DNA from: Octopus bimaculoides
Lineage: Eukaryota
NCBI RefSeq assembly: GCF_001194135.2
Contig: NC_068983.1
Span: 55,502,423-55,566,234 of the forward strand
Length of the DNA: 63,812 nt
Direction: 5' to 3'
Positions 26,450 through 39,660 of the stretch are shown here, in pieces (the first letter of the stretch is position 1; every line of letters begins with the position of its first letter). The notes below the pieces were generated by a model that saw only the letters and a program-made list of their open reading frames with translations, did no database searches and had not been told where the DNA came from. The translations under genes were made by a program, and so were the position numbers.

Positions 26450-26946
26450 TCTCTCTCCCTCTCTCTCAACCCTCTCTCCCTCTCTCTCCTCTCCCTCTCT
26501 ACCCCCTCTCTCCCTCTCTACTCTCTCTCTCTCTCCCTTTCTCCTCTCTCCCATTCTCTCTCCCCGTCTCTCCCTGTATTTCCTCTCTTTCCCCTTTCCT
26601 CCTCTCTCTCTTCTCTTTCTCTGTCTTCTCTCTCTCTCTTCCTCTCTCTCTTCCTCTCTCTCTTCCTCTCTCCCTCCCTTTCCTCTCCTTCTCCCTCTTT
26701 CTCTTCTGTCTTTCACCTCTCTCTTACCTCTTTCTCTTCCTCTCTCTCCTCTCTCCCTCTCTCTCTTCTCTGTCTTTCACCTCTCTCCCCTCTCCCCTCT
26801 GTCTCTTCCTCTTGCTCTTCTGTCTCTCCCTCTCCCTCCTTTGTCTCTCTCCTCTCTCCCTCATACGCTCTCTCTCCTTCTCTCTCTCTCCTCCTTCCCT
26901 CCCTCCTTCTCTCTCTCTCCTCCTTCCCTTCCTCCTCCTCTCTCTC
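26450..26946. repeat. Degenerate (CT)n polypyrimidine tract
   Basis: Direct reading. Confidence 0.92.
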
Positions 26947-27084
26947 TGTATGTGTCCTTCTGTATTAATGTTTCCATTTCCTATTATTCCGTACCTGCAT
27001 CTCTTCTTTTCTAACCACGTCCCAACACTGCAGACTCTAAATTAAAACCTTGACTCAGTAACTTCCTCATCTGGAACCAGCCGT

Positions 27085-27196
27085 GTGTAGGGATGGGTCC
27101 TAGTAATATGTAGGGATGGATCCTAGATGGGTCGTAGTGATGTGTAGGGATGGGTCCTAGATGGGTCCTAGTAATGTGAAGGGATTGGTTCTAGAT
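27085..27196. repeat. Imperfect minisatellite built from tgtagggatgggtcctag
   Basis: About 4 variable units. Confidence 0.8.
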
Positions 27197-27249
27197 ACCC
27201 TTCTCTACAAATATTTTCCTTACAGCATTCGAACCTACGGAAATTCAAG

Positions 27250-27520
27250 TTGAACATTAACGTTAAAAATAGGATATCTATGGATAACTGCTTCGAAACA
27301 TCCAGCTTCTATATCCAGACTATGAATTCATATTCATACCAATAATAATTGGAGCACTAGGTCTTGTTAGTAAATTCTTAATGGAGAATCTGGATAAACT
27401 GGGATTTTCAGAAAGAGAAATCGACCGGCTAATTTGTATATTAGAAGTGCAATCTGTGAGTGAAAGAGTAAAAATATGCAAGACTTTTTGTCTAGTTCCA
27501 AATGTGAATTCGTCTGTGTT
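27250..27520 (+). mobile_element. RLE-class retrotransposon C-terminal relic
   Basis: LLRNIQLLYPDYEFIFIPIIIGALGLVSKFLMENLDKLGFSEREIDRLICILEVQSVSERVKICKTF. Confidence 0.75.
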
Positions 27521-27579
27521 AACTACATCCCAAAGACAGAACCTTGTATCTTTCTTGGAAACCGGCTCCCACCTCAGAG

Positions 27580-27708
27580 ATTGACTTTGCCTTTCATCCT
27601 TTCAGAATCGACGAAATAAATACCAGTTGAGCACTGGGGTCAATGTAATCGACTTGGCCCCTCCCCTAAAATTTCAGGCCTTGTGCTTATAGTAGAAAGG
27701 ATTATTGT
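27580..27708 (+). mobile_element. SINE family B, 3' half
   Basis: gactttgcctttcatcc...gcactggggtcaatgtaatcgac...gtagaaaggattatt. Confidence 0.85.
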
Positions 27709-28485
27709 CTAAACTATTGAAGGTTTTCCCTCAGTACAGTTGTGTATAATTCAATGCTTCGGATTTTGTTGTTCTGATCTCTTTTCTTATTTCCTGTTAA
27801 ATTCTACTAAATTTCCATTCATGCGCAATTCATTTTTCCGCCATTCTTTCTCAGTTCCATTTTATGACTATTGCATCACTCAGCTTTAACTTTTTTCTGA
27901 GTTACAATTCAAAATTCTGTTGCTTCTGTTTTCAGAGAACAAAATCATTTCCTTATCATCCCTCCGTTCCTCCCTCCCTCCCCCTCTCTCTCTCTCTCTC
28001 TCTCTCTCTCNNNNNNNNNNNNNNNNNNNNNNNNNNNNNNNNNNNNNNNNNNNNNNNNNNNNNNNNNNNNNNNNNNNNNNNNNNNNNNNNNNNNNNNNNN
28101 NNNNNNNNNNNNNNNNNNNNNNNNNNNNNNNNNNNNNNNNNNNNNNNNNNNNNNNNNNNNNNNNNNNNNNNNNNNNNNNNNNNNNNNNNNNNNNNNNNNN
28201 NNNNNNNNNNNNNNNNNNNNNNNNNNNNNNNNNNNNNNNNNNNNNNNNNNNNNNNNNNNNNNNNNNNNNNNNNNNNNNNNNNNNNNNNNNNNNNNNNNNN
28301 NNNNNNNNNNNNNNNNNNNNNNNNNNNNNNNNNNNNNNNNNNNNNNNNNNNNNNNNNNNNNNNNNNNNNNNNNNNNNNNNNNNNNNNNNNNNNNNNNNNN
28401 NNNNNNNNNNNNNNNNNNNNNNNNNNNNNNNNNNNNNNNNNNNNNNNNNNNNNNNNNNNNNNNNNNNNNNNNNNNNNNNNNNNNN

Positions 28486-28524
<39 letters not shown>

Positions 28525-29159
28525 ATTCTATTCATGCTTCTCATATTGCCATGTAACACGTCGCTATGAATTTTGCTTCTTTTATTATACACGTCTTTTA
28601 CATTCTTGAAACCTTTATACTCCCATCTATATTTCCCCTTGTACTTGATAATTTCTTTCTTTACCAGTTACTTGCCTGTTAAGCAGAAGATTCTCTTTCC
28701 GGATTCTCTTTTACGATTAACTCGGCTTCTTTAGTCTAGCTTTACTGAATTAAACCATATTCCAAAAGTCTTTACAAATACTCAGCAATTTATAGCACTT
28801 CTTGTATTCTTCCTGTTACACAAGAAATTTTTGTCGGAAAACGATTTCTGAAATTTGTTCGGTTATTTTCAGTTTGTCTATCTTTCCTCTAGTTCACAAG
28901 CAATGTATTCATAAAATCCATTCTTTGTTGAATAAATTCGTTTTATTATTTCTGAGGGAACCTTCAATACTGTGGCGTTCGCCAGTATTCCTTTCTCAAA
29001 CACAATTATTATACATTTTTGGCATCATAGCATCACGCCATTGTAGCACAGCTACATTCATTGTAATGTCAATGAAATTTAGCTTAAAGTGGCTTTGATA
29101 ATATACATTGAGCTTGTCAATGAACAGATTACAGATACTTTATAATATTTGTGTATCCA

Positions 29160-29223
29160 AAAAGGCGGCGAGCTTGCAAAAACATTAGCACACCAGGCGA
29201 AATGCTTGGCGGTGTTTCGTCCT
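29160..29223 (+). mobile_element. SINE family B head fragment
   Basis: aaggcggcgagcttgc..aacattagcacaccaggcgaaatgc. Confidence 0.8.
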
Positions 29224-29319
29224 GTTCTTGTTAACACTTTCACCCTCCGTAAAAAATCCCAAATTATATTTAATTTGCTTTGCGGGAAGGACTGCTTCAA
29301 TGAAGTCACGTATTGTCCT

Positions 29320-29472
29320 TGCCTTCGAAACACGGAGTAGATGAAACAGAGACAACTGACGAAGGGGTATACTCTTTATGTTGCATGTCTCGTTTCTCTG
29401 CTTGCTTTTTTTCGTTTTGCATGTTTTCGTTTCTCATTGTGTTTAACGTTTTTTTTTATATCCTGCACCCAT
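29320..29472 (+). mobile_element. Family F element (CTGAYGAAGGG motif), copy 1
   Basis: Homologous to 47330-47490 (+) and 50916-51070 (-); each ends in cctg(c/t)a near TA-rich repeat. Confidence 0.65.
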
Positions 29473-29560
29473 ATATGCATGTATGTATACACATATATAT
29501 GTAGGTATGTACATATATGTATGGATATATGCATATATTTATATATTATTTATATTATAT

Positions 29561-29621
<61 letters not shown>

Positions 29622-30111
29622 TACATTAAATGAATATTAGTATACATATGTACATAATGATATTAAGAAAGCAAGAGCAAAAATGACCTAGCATGCTTGA
29701 AGCGCCGAGACCTTCAAACAACTACTAAAATCTCCAAATTAGATATAGGATGTTGGAGCTAAGTCGTTTCCACCCTCACCCCCTTGATATAATTATATAC
29801 ATATGCATATTATTATCATATTAATGTATAAATTACCTAGAAATTTTGATAGCATGCTGACTACCTGATAAAAATCGTTAATGTGACTTTTATCCTTATA
29901 TTCTATTATGAATTAATATATAAATATAAATATTAAAGGAAATAGAGAAATACAATTGACATATTAAAAATAGAGAAAGAGAGAACGGGAGAGAGAGAGT
30001 TGGAGGAAGGCGAGATAGAGGGAATAGTCTGTTCCCATATTCAAACCTCATATGGCGCAAGGAACCAATAGGACGCGGGTAATTTTAGATTTGATTTTAT
30101 ATGTGAAGATT

Positions 30112-30172
30112 TGCAAAAAATCTGCAATCTGCAAAAAATCTGCAATCTGCAAAAAATATTGGCAGTCTGTAA
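30112..30172. repeat. 18-bp tandem (tgcaaaaaatctgcaatc) x2 plus 2 degenerate
   Basis: Direct reading. Confidence 0.85.
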
Positions 30173-32426
30173 AAATATCGATCATGTAATGTCATTCCTT
30201 CGTAAGGTCGACTCATGTGTTGCCAGTGAACTCTTTTTCATCGCAGCTCTGTGTTAAAACTTGTAATAATCTTCTTGCTGCTCGCGTAGTATATTTGCTA
30301 CCTTTTTCTCTTGTCAACGAGTGCACATCGTACGCTTTCTTCTGAGTTGGAAAAGAGGCCAGTATTTATGACTGCTTTCCTATGTGTCTCCCTGTTGCTC
30401 AATATTCCCTTAACACCCTCTCGTTTATGAATGTAGGTTCGCCAGGTAACAGATTTACAGTGTATTCAGGTGATTTTTTTAATATATACTTCTCGTATTA
30501 CAGTCTACGAAATTTAGTTCTGTCACGCTCCATTTCAATATCATAGCTCCATATGTTATAGCTAGCATCATAAATATGTTGATGTTGCACATTATATTAA
30601 CAACTCGTGTTAATAAGATGAGTTTTTAACATTTCTTTTAGTACATAAAAATAATCATTTTTCTTTCTCGCACGGACACCGCTCTCACTTTCATCTCTGC
30701 CTCCAAATTTACAGAACAGTTCTTCACCTGCATTATCTCTCCTTTCTCAAGGTTCAAATCATTTCTCCCACAAGTCAGTATTGCTCATTTAATTGTAATC
30801 TCATTTTTTTTTTTTTTTTTTTAAATACGATATTTTTGCGAAACTTTGATGACATTGAGGGGTTTATCAAGCAGGAGTTTTTTGGGGTATGCAACTTTAT
30901 ATAATTTAGGAAAAAATTTAGTTCACTGGTCTGGTCCCCCTCACCTTATACCCTATTAAAAGCAATAGGCATGGGCATAAGATGAAATTAAAATCAGAAG
31001 TAATATTCTTTTTGAATATCTCAGCAGATAGACAGATGGATAGCACACTAGCTAGATTAAAATAGATATGCTTCACCTGATCTACAGTAATCCCATTTAT
31101 TTGTAAATATTCAATAATCCTAGTAGATATTTTGCAGGGTAGTTTATAGATTACCAGCAGGTAGGTGATGGGTTGATATTTAGCTGGATCGTCTAGTCTT
31201 CCTTTTCTTTCTTAGGGACCGATGTTATCTTACTGCTAAGAAGTCATTTAAATATTTCGTTTAAGAGATGTCTTTTGCAAAGCAATGCATTCGCAACATC
31301 TAAATTTCCTGTGATTATCAGACGAGAGGCACAACAATTTTTAGATGTTGTTAATGCTAAATCTTTTGCAATTCCAGTAGTTGTTTAAAGCAGGCCACAA
31401 ATTAAACACGATAATGGCTGGGGGCATTTTTGCCAGTTTTCATTGTTTTTATGTATTACTTTGATCAGTTATTGTTTTTACTGTACTTATTTTTACAAAA
31501 TTAGTTTCAAAACGTTTTTGTTTCTTTTGTATCTTCACCACTTTTATGGTGTATGCAGTATGGATTTTAAGTAAACGAGTGAGAATGGTTGTGATTTCAA
31601 TTAATCTTAATGTGTTTGTTGTTTAAAATATCATATCGGACACTACGGTCCGAGGCAGAACCATAAGAAAAACAAGGTAAAATTGTTTTCATAAAGGAAT
31701 GTACTTATTGAATGGTTCTGTAGTTTTTGCTTCGTAAACGACTGTAATTATTCCATCTAACTAGTTTGGTCGTAAGAATGTGAACCTTGGAAGAAGTTAA
31801 AACGACAAAGAGATTGAGTGGAACGCGTGTGTCATCTGCCATGCTGTGGTTTTAAGTTAGTAGCATAGTGGTAGGTCAGATTGTTCATCGTGCAAAATCT
31901 TATCTTCGAGAAAACAAACCGCTGAAAGCTGAATAGTGACTGACGTGAAAGCTTGGTTGCGTTCAGCTTTCAGTTCTCTTCTCTTGTCTTCATTGCTATG
32001 CTTCTAACAATAAAACAAATCAGTAGAAGATGTAAAAGCTTATATTAAGGTTGACTGAATCGCAATTAGCAACCTTGATTCATCACAGTAAGGATGATGC
32101 AATCAATGGATTTGATGGCCATTGTTGGACGTCAGTCATTTGTTTTGTTACCGACGTTCTTATTTTGATGTGCCCAGCTTCTTTATAAAAAATTTCTTGA
32201 TTGATAATAACAAATCCCAGTTTCGAATTGAAGCGTAGATCTGCAACAGCTGCCATTGTTATATTATAGAACTTTGTGGATTGTTTTCAAAAGCATGGTT
32301 TAAGATGTCCGTTTTTTTATTGTTTTGTTTTTTTTTGCCTTTTCTTTTTTCAAAAGTAAAAAATAGTATTCGTAAACCATGCTTTTTTCTAAACATATTC
32401 TTTAAAGCAATTCAATTATATTTTTG

Positions 32427-32545
32427 TGGACTTTGCCTTTTATCATTTCGGAGTCGATAAAATAAGTACCAGTTGAGTATTGGTATCGATGTAATCGACT
32501 TGGTCCCTCCCCTAAACATCAGACCTTGTACCTATAGCAAAAAAG
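32427..32545 (+). mobile_element. SINE family B, 3' half
   Basis: Match to the family B tail. Confidence 0.8.
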
Positions 32546-32554
32546 TTCATCATC

Positions 32555-33162
<608 letters not shown>

Positions 33163-33176
33163 TATTATTACAATCA

Positions 33177-33361
33177 TTAAGGCGGCAGACAGCCTTTCGC
33201 TCGATTTTACATTTTGATTTCGAATTCCACTGAGGCCGATTTTGACCTTCCTCATTTGGGCGTTGATAAAATAAGTACCAGTTGGATACTGGGGATTATA
33301 TAGCTGGCTAGTCCCTGCCCCCAAATTACTGGCCTTGTGCCTATAGTAAAAAGGATTATTT
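33177..33361 (+). mobile_element. SINE family B (diverged, deleted)
   Basis: ttaaggcggc...aagtaccagtt..tactgggg...gtgcctatagtaaaaaggattatt. Confidence 0.75.
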
Positions 33362-33435
33362 TTACAAATATTATTGATGATCTGATGGAATCATTAGAAC
33401 TTCAGAAATATGCTTTGTAGCATTTGTTCCCAACC

Positions 33436-33590
33436 TATAGATTCAAAGTTCAAATCCTATAAGAGTCGATCATTTCCTTTCATCCTTTCGGAGTAGACAA
33501 CATGAAGTACCAGTAAAATACTGGGGTCGCTGTTATTCACTTACTTCTTCCCCTAAAATTGCTAGCCTTGTGCCAAAATTTTAAACCATG
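33436..33590 (+). mobile_element. SINE family B (diverged)
   Basis: agttcaaatcc...cctttcatcctttcggag...gccttgtgccaaaatt. Confidence 0.7.
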
Positions 33591-34400
33591 ATTACGAATA
33601 ACAAAAGCGATTCGAATTATTCCGAAAGATCATCAATTCCGAAGTAAATGTATTACAAACTGAATGATCTTACCGTTTCCAATCCTCTTTGCAATGTGTG
33701 CGTAGTTGTACATATTCACACACAAACACACAAACACACACACACACACACATATATACGTCCATTCGCACACATACAGAGTCAGCACTCCCAACCCCNN
33801 NNNNNNNNNNNNNNNNNNNNNNNNNNNNNNNNNNNNNNNNNNNNNNNNNNNNNNNNNNNNNNNNNNNNNNNNNNNNNNNNNAACAAATAGTAAATGAGTA
33901 TATGCATATATACGTACAGGTATGTGCATACCGACATCCACCTGTATGCATAGGTGCATATCTGGGTACAGGACATTGCAAACAAAACGTAGACGAGGAA
34001 ACACACAAGCCACATAGAGAACATTCTCCTTCATCAGCTACCCCCGTTTTAACACCGGCGTTTCGAAGAGCTGGGCAGGACGCATCGTTAAAACGGCTCT
34101 TCCCATGGACCGCAAATTAAATTTGTATACACAAATTAAATCTTGCCATGGAGGAATGTAGTGGCGGAGAAAAAACAAGACAGGAAAACAAACAGATGCA
34201 TATATATACATATGTATAAATGTATATGCATACATATGTATAAAGGTACACATATATTTATATACACATATACACACACACGTCTATGTGCGTTTCAGTG
34301 TGTAAGTACGTTATGTATGTATATACATGAGTATATGTATCTATATGTGTGAGTAAATATACACATATATATATACGTACACTCACACACACACACACAC

Positions 34401-34453
<53 letters not shown>

Positions 34454-34697
34454 TAATTAAACTGAGTTATGTTCGCGTGCCGTGAGGATAGTTCACTTCT
34501 GACATTCTTTCATTTCTTATCTAGGTATAGACATGTATATATACATGCAAGCATATACATGTACATACACACACACGCGCACACACACATATATGTCAAT
34601 GTACATATATATATGTATATATATATATATGTGTGTGCTTATATTTGTATGTAAGCATATATACATATATGTACATATCTATGTATGCATATATACA

Positions 34698-34756
<59 letters not shown>

Positions 34757-35040
34757 NNNNNNNNNNNNNNNNNNNNNNNNNNNNNNNNNNNNNNNNNNNN
34801 NNNNNNNNNNNNNNNNNNNNNNNNNNNNNNNNNNNNNNNNNNNNNNNNNNNNNNNNNNNNNNNNNNNNNNNNNNNNNNNNNNNNNNNNNNNNNNNNNNNN
34901 NNNNNNNNNNNNNNNNNNNNNNNNNNNNNNNNNNNNNNNNNNNNNNNNNNNNNNNNNNNNNNNNNNNNNNNNNNNNNNNNNNNNNNNNNNNNNNNNNNNN
35001 NNNNNNNNNNNNNNNNNNNNNNNNNNNNNNNNNNNNNNNN

Positions 35041-35091
<51 letters not shown>

Positions 35092-35626
35092 CATCGTGAT
35101 ATTTAATAAACGAAGACTTCTTTTTGGAACCTACCCAGTCTCGGCCGAATCTATTCGTGCAAGCTAGCATGTTTCCTGTGCCAGAATGTATTTATATATG
35201 TAAGCTGTCAACTTAACTAATGATAATTGATATTTATAATGGGCAAACATACAACCAGGAATACAGTAACTGAAATACGTGACCAACCTTATAAAGCTGT
35301 AAATACTAAATCTGCAATAATTCCAAGCCATTGTCTTGCTTTCACCCCAGGTCGATGCTAATTCGCTTCAGAGCCGTTCATGCATAAGCATTTTCAAATT
35401 TAAGTTATCTGTTTCCATTATTGCTTTATCAAAAAGAAGCAACATGGCTGTTAAAGAAAAAATTTAAGCCAAGTTTAGCAGAGTAAAAGGGAAGGGAATT
35501 TTTTTATATTATTTTAGTTATGGATCGCAGCCAAGCTGGAAACGTTTAATACAATAGTTCTCAGCCGTTTTTATGGATCCCTTTTATTCCTATTTTATTC
35601 GGATGGAACCTCATAGCCATTCCATT

Positions 35627-35820
35627 CTTTTATTCTTTTACTTGTTTCAGTCATTTGACTGCGTTCATGCTGGAGCACCATCTTCAAGGGTTTTCGTCGA
35701 AGAAATCGCCCTCAGGAATTATTCATTGTAAGGCTGGTACTTATTCCATCGGTTTCTTTTGCCAAACCGCTAGGCTACCGGAACATAAACACACCAACAT
35801 CTGTTATCAAGTGATTGGGT
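35627..35820 (-). mobile_element. SINE family A, 3' half
   Basis: ttttacttgtttcagtcatttgactgcg...aaaccgctag. Confidence 0.85.
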
Positions 35821-35829
35821 GATTGGGAC

Positions 35830-36076
35830 ATATATATATCCACAGTAAGTTTTTACTTATGCGACCGTGTGTGCATCGTGGGCGATTTTCTTTCTCCGCG
35901 TTCCCTTCTTTGGACTTTTTCTATATTCCTGATGAAGAGCTCCGCTCGAAACGTGAAATCCTCTTCTTTTCTTTCATTTCCTGAGCGTCCAATAACACTG
36001 TACTTATTCCACGTCTTCGCGTTGTTGTTTTTTCGTGTTTTTTCTTGCTTGTTCATCTTTGAATTGACTATATATA
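35830..36076 (+). mobile_element. (TA)n-bounded about 245-bp element carrying a hammerhead-like motif
   Basis: CTGATGA-A-GAGC tcc GCTC-GAAAC-GTG at 35929-35955; downstream cctgagcgt...cacgtcttcg is shared with the 48.1 and 61.4 kb units. Confidence 0.65.
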
Positions 36077-36675
36077 NNNNNNNNNNNNNNNNNNNNNNNN
36101 NNNNNNNNNNNNNNNNNNNNNNNNNNNNNNNNNNNNNNNNNNNNNNNNNNNNNNNNNNNNNNNNNNNNNNNNNNNNNNNNNNNNNNNNNNNNNNNNNNNN
36201 NNNNNNNNNNNNNNNNNNNNNNNNNNNNNNNNNNNNNNNNNNNNNNNNNNNNNNNNNNNNNNNNNNNNNNNNNNNNNNNNNNNNNNNNNNNNNNNNNNNN
36301 NNNNNNNNNNNNNNNNNNNNNNNNNNNNNNNNNNNNNNNNNNNNNNNNNNNNNNNNNNNNNNNNNNNNNNNNNNNNNNNNNNNNNNNNNNNNNNNNNNNN
36401 NNNNNNNNNNNNNNNNNNNNNNNNNNNNNNNNNNNNNNNNNNNNNNNNNNNNNNNNNNNNNNNNNNNNNNNNNNNNNNNNNNNNNNNNNNNNNNNNNNNN
36501 NNNNNNNNNNNNNNNNNNNNNNNNNNNNNNNNNNNNNNNNNNNNNNNNNNNNNNNNNNNNNNNNNNNNNNNNNNNNNNNNNNNNNNNNNNNNNNNNNNNN
36601 NNNNNNNNNNNNNNNNNNNNNNNNNNNNNNNNNNNNNNNNNNNNNNNNNNNNNNNNNNNNNNNNNNNNNNNNNNN

Positions 36676-36728
<53 letters not shown>

Positions 36729-36792
36729 CGTGTGTGTGTGTGTGATATACACACACACATAGATACATAGATTGATAGATTAAAACAGAAAT

Positions 36793-37026
36793 GAAGAGGC
36801 AAACTGTTTGGCAAGACCTGACAGAGACATTCAATTTAGCTATATAATGAAAAGGTATATATAGTCTCTTAACAGCTGTTTCCAGAATATCCTAGCTATT
36901 GCAACCTTGTGCCGAGCGAGGATTCTAGAATATCTCAGCTACAGCTGTTAGAGACTATATACACCTTTTCCTTATATAACTAAATTAAATGTCCTTGTCA
37001 AGTGTTACCAAAACGTTTGCCTCTTC
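36793..37026. mobile_element. Foldback element (about 86-bp imperfect arms, 61-bp spacer)
   Basis: 36793-36879 vs 36941-37026 are reverse complements; inner ends carry ACAGCTGT. Confidence 0.85.
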
Positions 37027-37342
37027 TAGCCGCTTTAAAAAAGCAATCGCGAAATCGCATATTCAACTGCAATTCATCCCGGAATTTTACAGGCATACCA
37101 AATTAAAAACTCAGAGCACGTACCTATTACTTTGAATTGAAAACTCAGAGCACATACCTATTACTTTGAGTCACCCAGACGAAAACTCATCGTACTGAAT
37201 TCTCCCGTTGATGAAAAATCGATCCAATACACCACGACGTTTCAACCTTTTCGAACTTTTTGAAATTTTTTGAATTTTCTGCTTTTACTTATTCCGTTTT
37301 ATATGCATGTATGTATGTATGTATGTATATATAAGTATAGAG

Positions 37343-38153
37343 GCATGTTAGGCAAGTTGATTTACACAGAATATTAAATACATTTAATAGAAAAATATAA
37401 AATAGTCTGACTTACAGAATATAAATGATATCAAGAGTTAAATGGGTAGAGTTTTACGAGTCCAGCAACTGTTTCTGGGATCTTGGTGGTCCAGAATAAA
37501 GATAGTAACTTTACCACAATGCCCCCTCCATTACCAACCCAATTCCTTTGTCCCACAAAGAACTACTTTTGACCACCTCCTTACCCGCATTAGCTACTAA
37601 ACCAACCAAATCATTTCCCCCAATCAATATCAAGCCCTTTTCAATATATCAACCTTTAACTCTGTATCCTTTATACAAACTATCACAAAGTTCATCATTC
37701 ACACAATATTTCTAAACCACTATTCCTCCTTACTGCCACCTTCCACCCCTACTACTATCACTAGTCTCGTTATTAATCTCAACCCTGAAATCTATTTTCT
37801 CTTGCCACTACTCTCTATTCAAACACCCTCAACTCCCCTTCCTAACACAATTCTTCCCAAAATCATTCCATCTTTAAACTCCATCCTGTCAACACCTCAA
37901 ATGTAAAATTCTCCAATGTAAAATTCTGCCCTAAAGACGGAGGCGGTATTATCCGATAATTAAACCAAGTAACTATCATTATTCCAGACCAACAAGCTCC
38001 CCAGAAACAGCTGATGAACTCGTAATACTCTACCCATTTAATTCCTGATATAATTTATATTCTGTAACTCAGACTATTTTATAACCATACACCTGTACAT
38101 TTTTTCTATTAAATGTATTTAATATTCTGTGTGAATCGACTTGCCTAACTTGC
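37343..38153. mobile_element. Foldback element (about 170/187-bp arms, 455-bp strand-biased spacer), probably Penelope-derived
   Basis: 37343-37511 vs 37967-38153 are inverted; both carry ccaGAAACAG(C/T)TG. Confidence 0.85.
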
Positions 38154-38221
38154 TTGTCATTACATTTACTCCTCTACCGTCTCAAGTTCAAATCTCTTGA
38201 GCACTTTGAAATGTATTCTAT

Positions 38222-38455
38222 ATATATTTCTTCATTACCCATAGGGGCCTAACCATGGAGGGGACAAACAAGGACAGACAAAGGGATTAAGTCGATTACA
38301 ACGACTCCAGTGCGTAAGTCGTACTTATTAAATCGACCCCGAAAGGATGAAAGGTAAAATCGACCTCGGCGGAATTTAAACTCAAAACGTAACGGTAGAT
38401 GAAATACTGCTAAGCACTTCGTCCACCGCGCTAACGATTCTGCCAGCTCACCGCG
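38222..38455 (-). mobile_element. SINE family B head with alternative 3' tail
   Basis: Head matches family B; tail gtttgtcccctccatggttaggccc..taatgaagaaata also seen at about 1070-1118 and 22320-22370. Confidence 0.8.
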
Positions 38456-38469
38456 GTGAGTGTATTCTA

Positions 38470-38593
38470 CAGGGTGTCCACAAAGTCTGGATACATGGGG
38501 ATTAACACATACTTTAAGAAATTATTTCATATATTTAATTGTTAATGTTATGATTTTATTTACTCCATGCACCCAGTCTTTGTGGACACCCTG
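38470..38593. mobile_element. Tc1/mariner-type MITE, 124 bp
   Basis: TA|CAGGGTGTCCACAAAG...CTTTGTGGACACCCTG|TA; about 31-bp TIRs with 4 mismatches. Confidence 0.93.
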
Positions 38594-39229
38594 TATATAT
38601 AGAACACCTGCCTGTAACCTATAAACTATGTATGTGAGTGTGCGTGCGTGTGGGTATGTATGTATATGTAGATAGATAGATAGATAGATAGATAGATGAC
38701 GAGTGAGAGAATGTCTGTAAAATTGTGAAGAGATAAAAGGAATGAGTATGATTGCAAATATTGTAGTAGACTCTCCCAGTCGAACATCTGCTTCTACAAA
38801 TTGTCAACTGACGGGTTAAAAAAATATTTTGCCGTTTTCTTTTTCTTATGATTTGGACCTAAATATATCTATGCGTGTGTGTGCGCGCATGCGTGTGTGT
38901 GTGTGTGTGTGAGCACACGTGTGCGTCTATATATATATATATATATGATTATATACACTATATATATGAAGTTATATGTGTATACACACACAGACACACA
39001 CACTGAGTTGCCATCACCAATATCATCATCATCATCGTTATCATATTCACCATTACCATCATCATCATCATTGTCATCATCATCTTCTCCAGTCGTACAC
39101 ATCGCACCATCATCATCATAATCATGACCATTCATTGTCATCGACATCACGATAATCATCGCCAGAATGATCATCATTACCACCACCTTCATCAATAGCA
39201 ACAGCAGCGGTATACTCATCCCCATTGCT

Positions 39230-39473
39230 GTTATGTTGTTGTTGTTGTTTTTCTTCTTCTTCTTCTTCTTCTTCTTCTTCTTCTTCTTCTTCTTCTTCTT
39301 CTTCTTCTTCTTCTTCTTCTCTTCAGTGCTGTTATTGTTTTCACTGTCTGTCTGAGTGGATGATTAGTTCTAGAACTCTCTCTCTCTCTCTCCTTCTCTC
39401 TCTCACACATACATATACACACACACTGGTATACACACGGGGAGATGTAACATCGTCCAGCACTTTCTTTACT

Positions 39474-39568
<95 letters not shown>

Positions 39569-39660
39569 CCCTCTCTCTTCTGTGTTGTCTCTAACTCTAT
39601 TTCTCTTTTTCTCTCTTTCTATCTCTTTCTCCAACTCTATCCTCCCCCTCATCTACTTTT
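39230..39660. repeat. (GTT)n(CTT)n and (CT)n microsatellites
   Basis: Direct reading. Confidence 0.95.
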
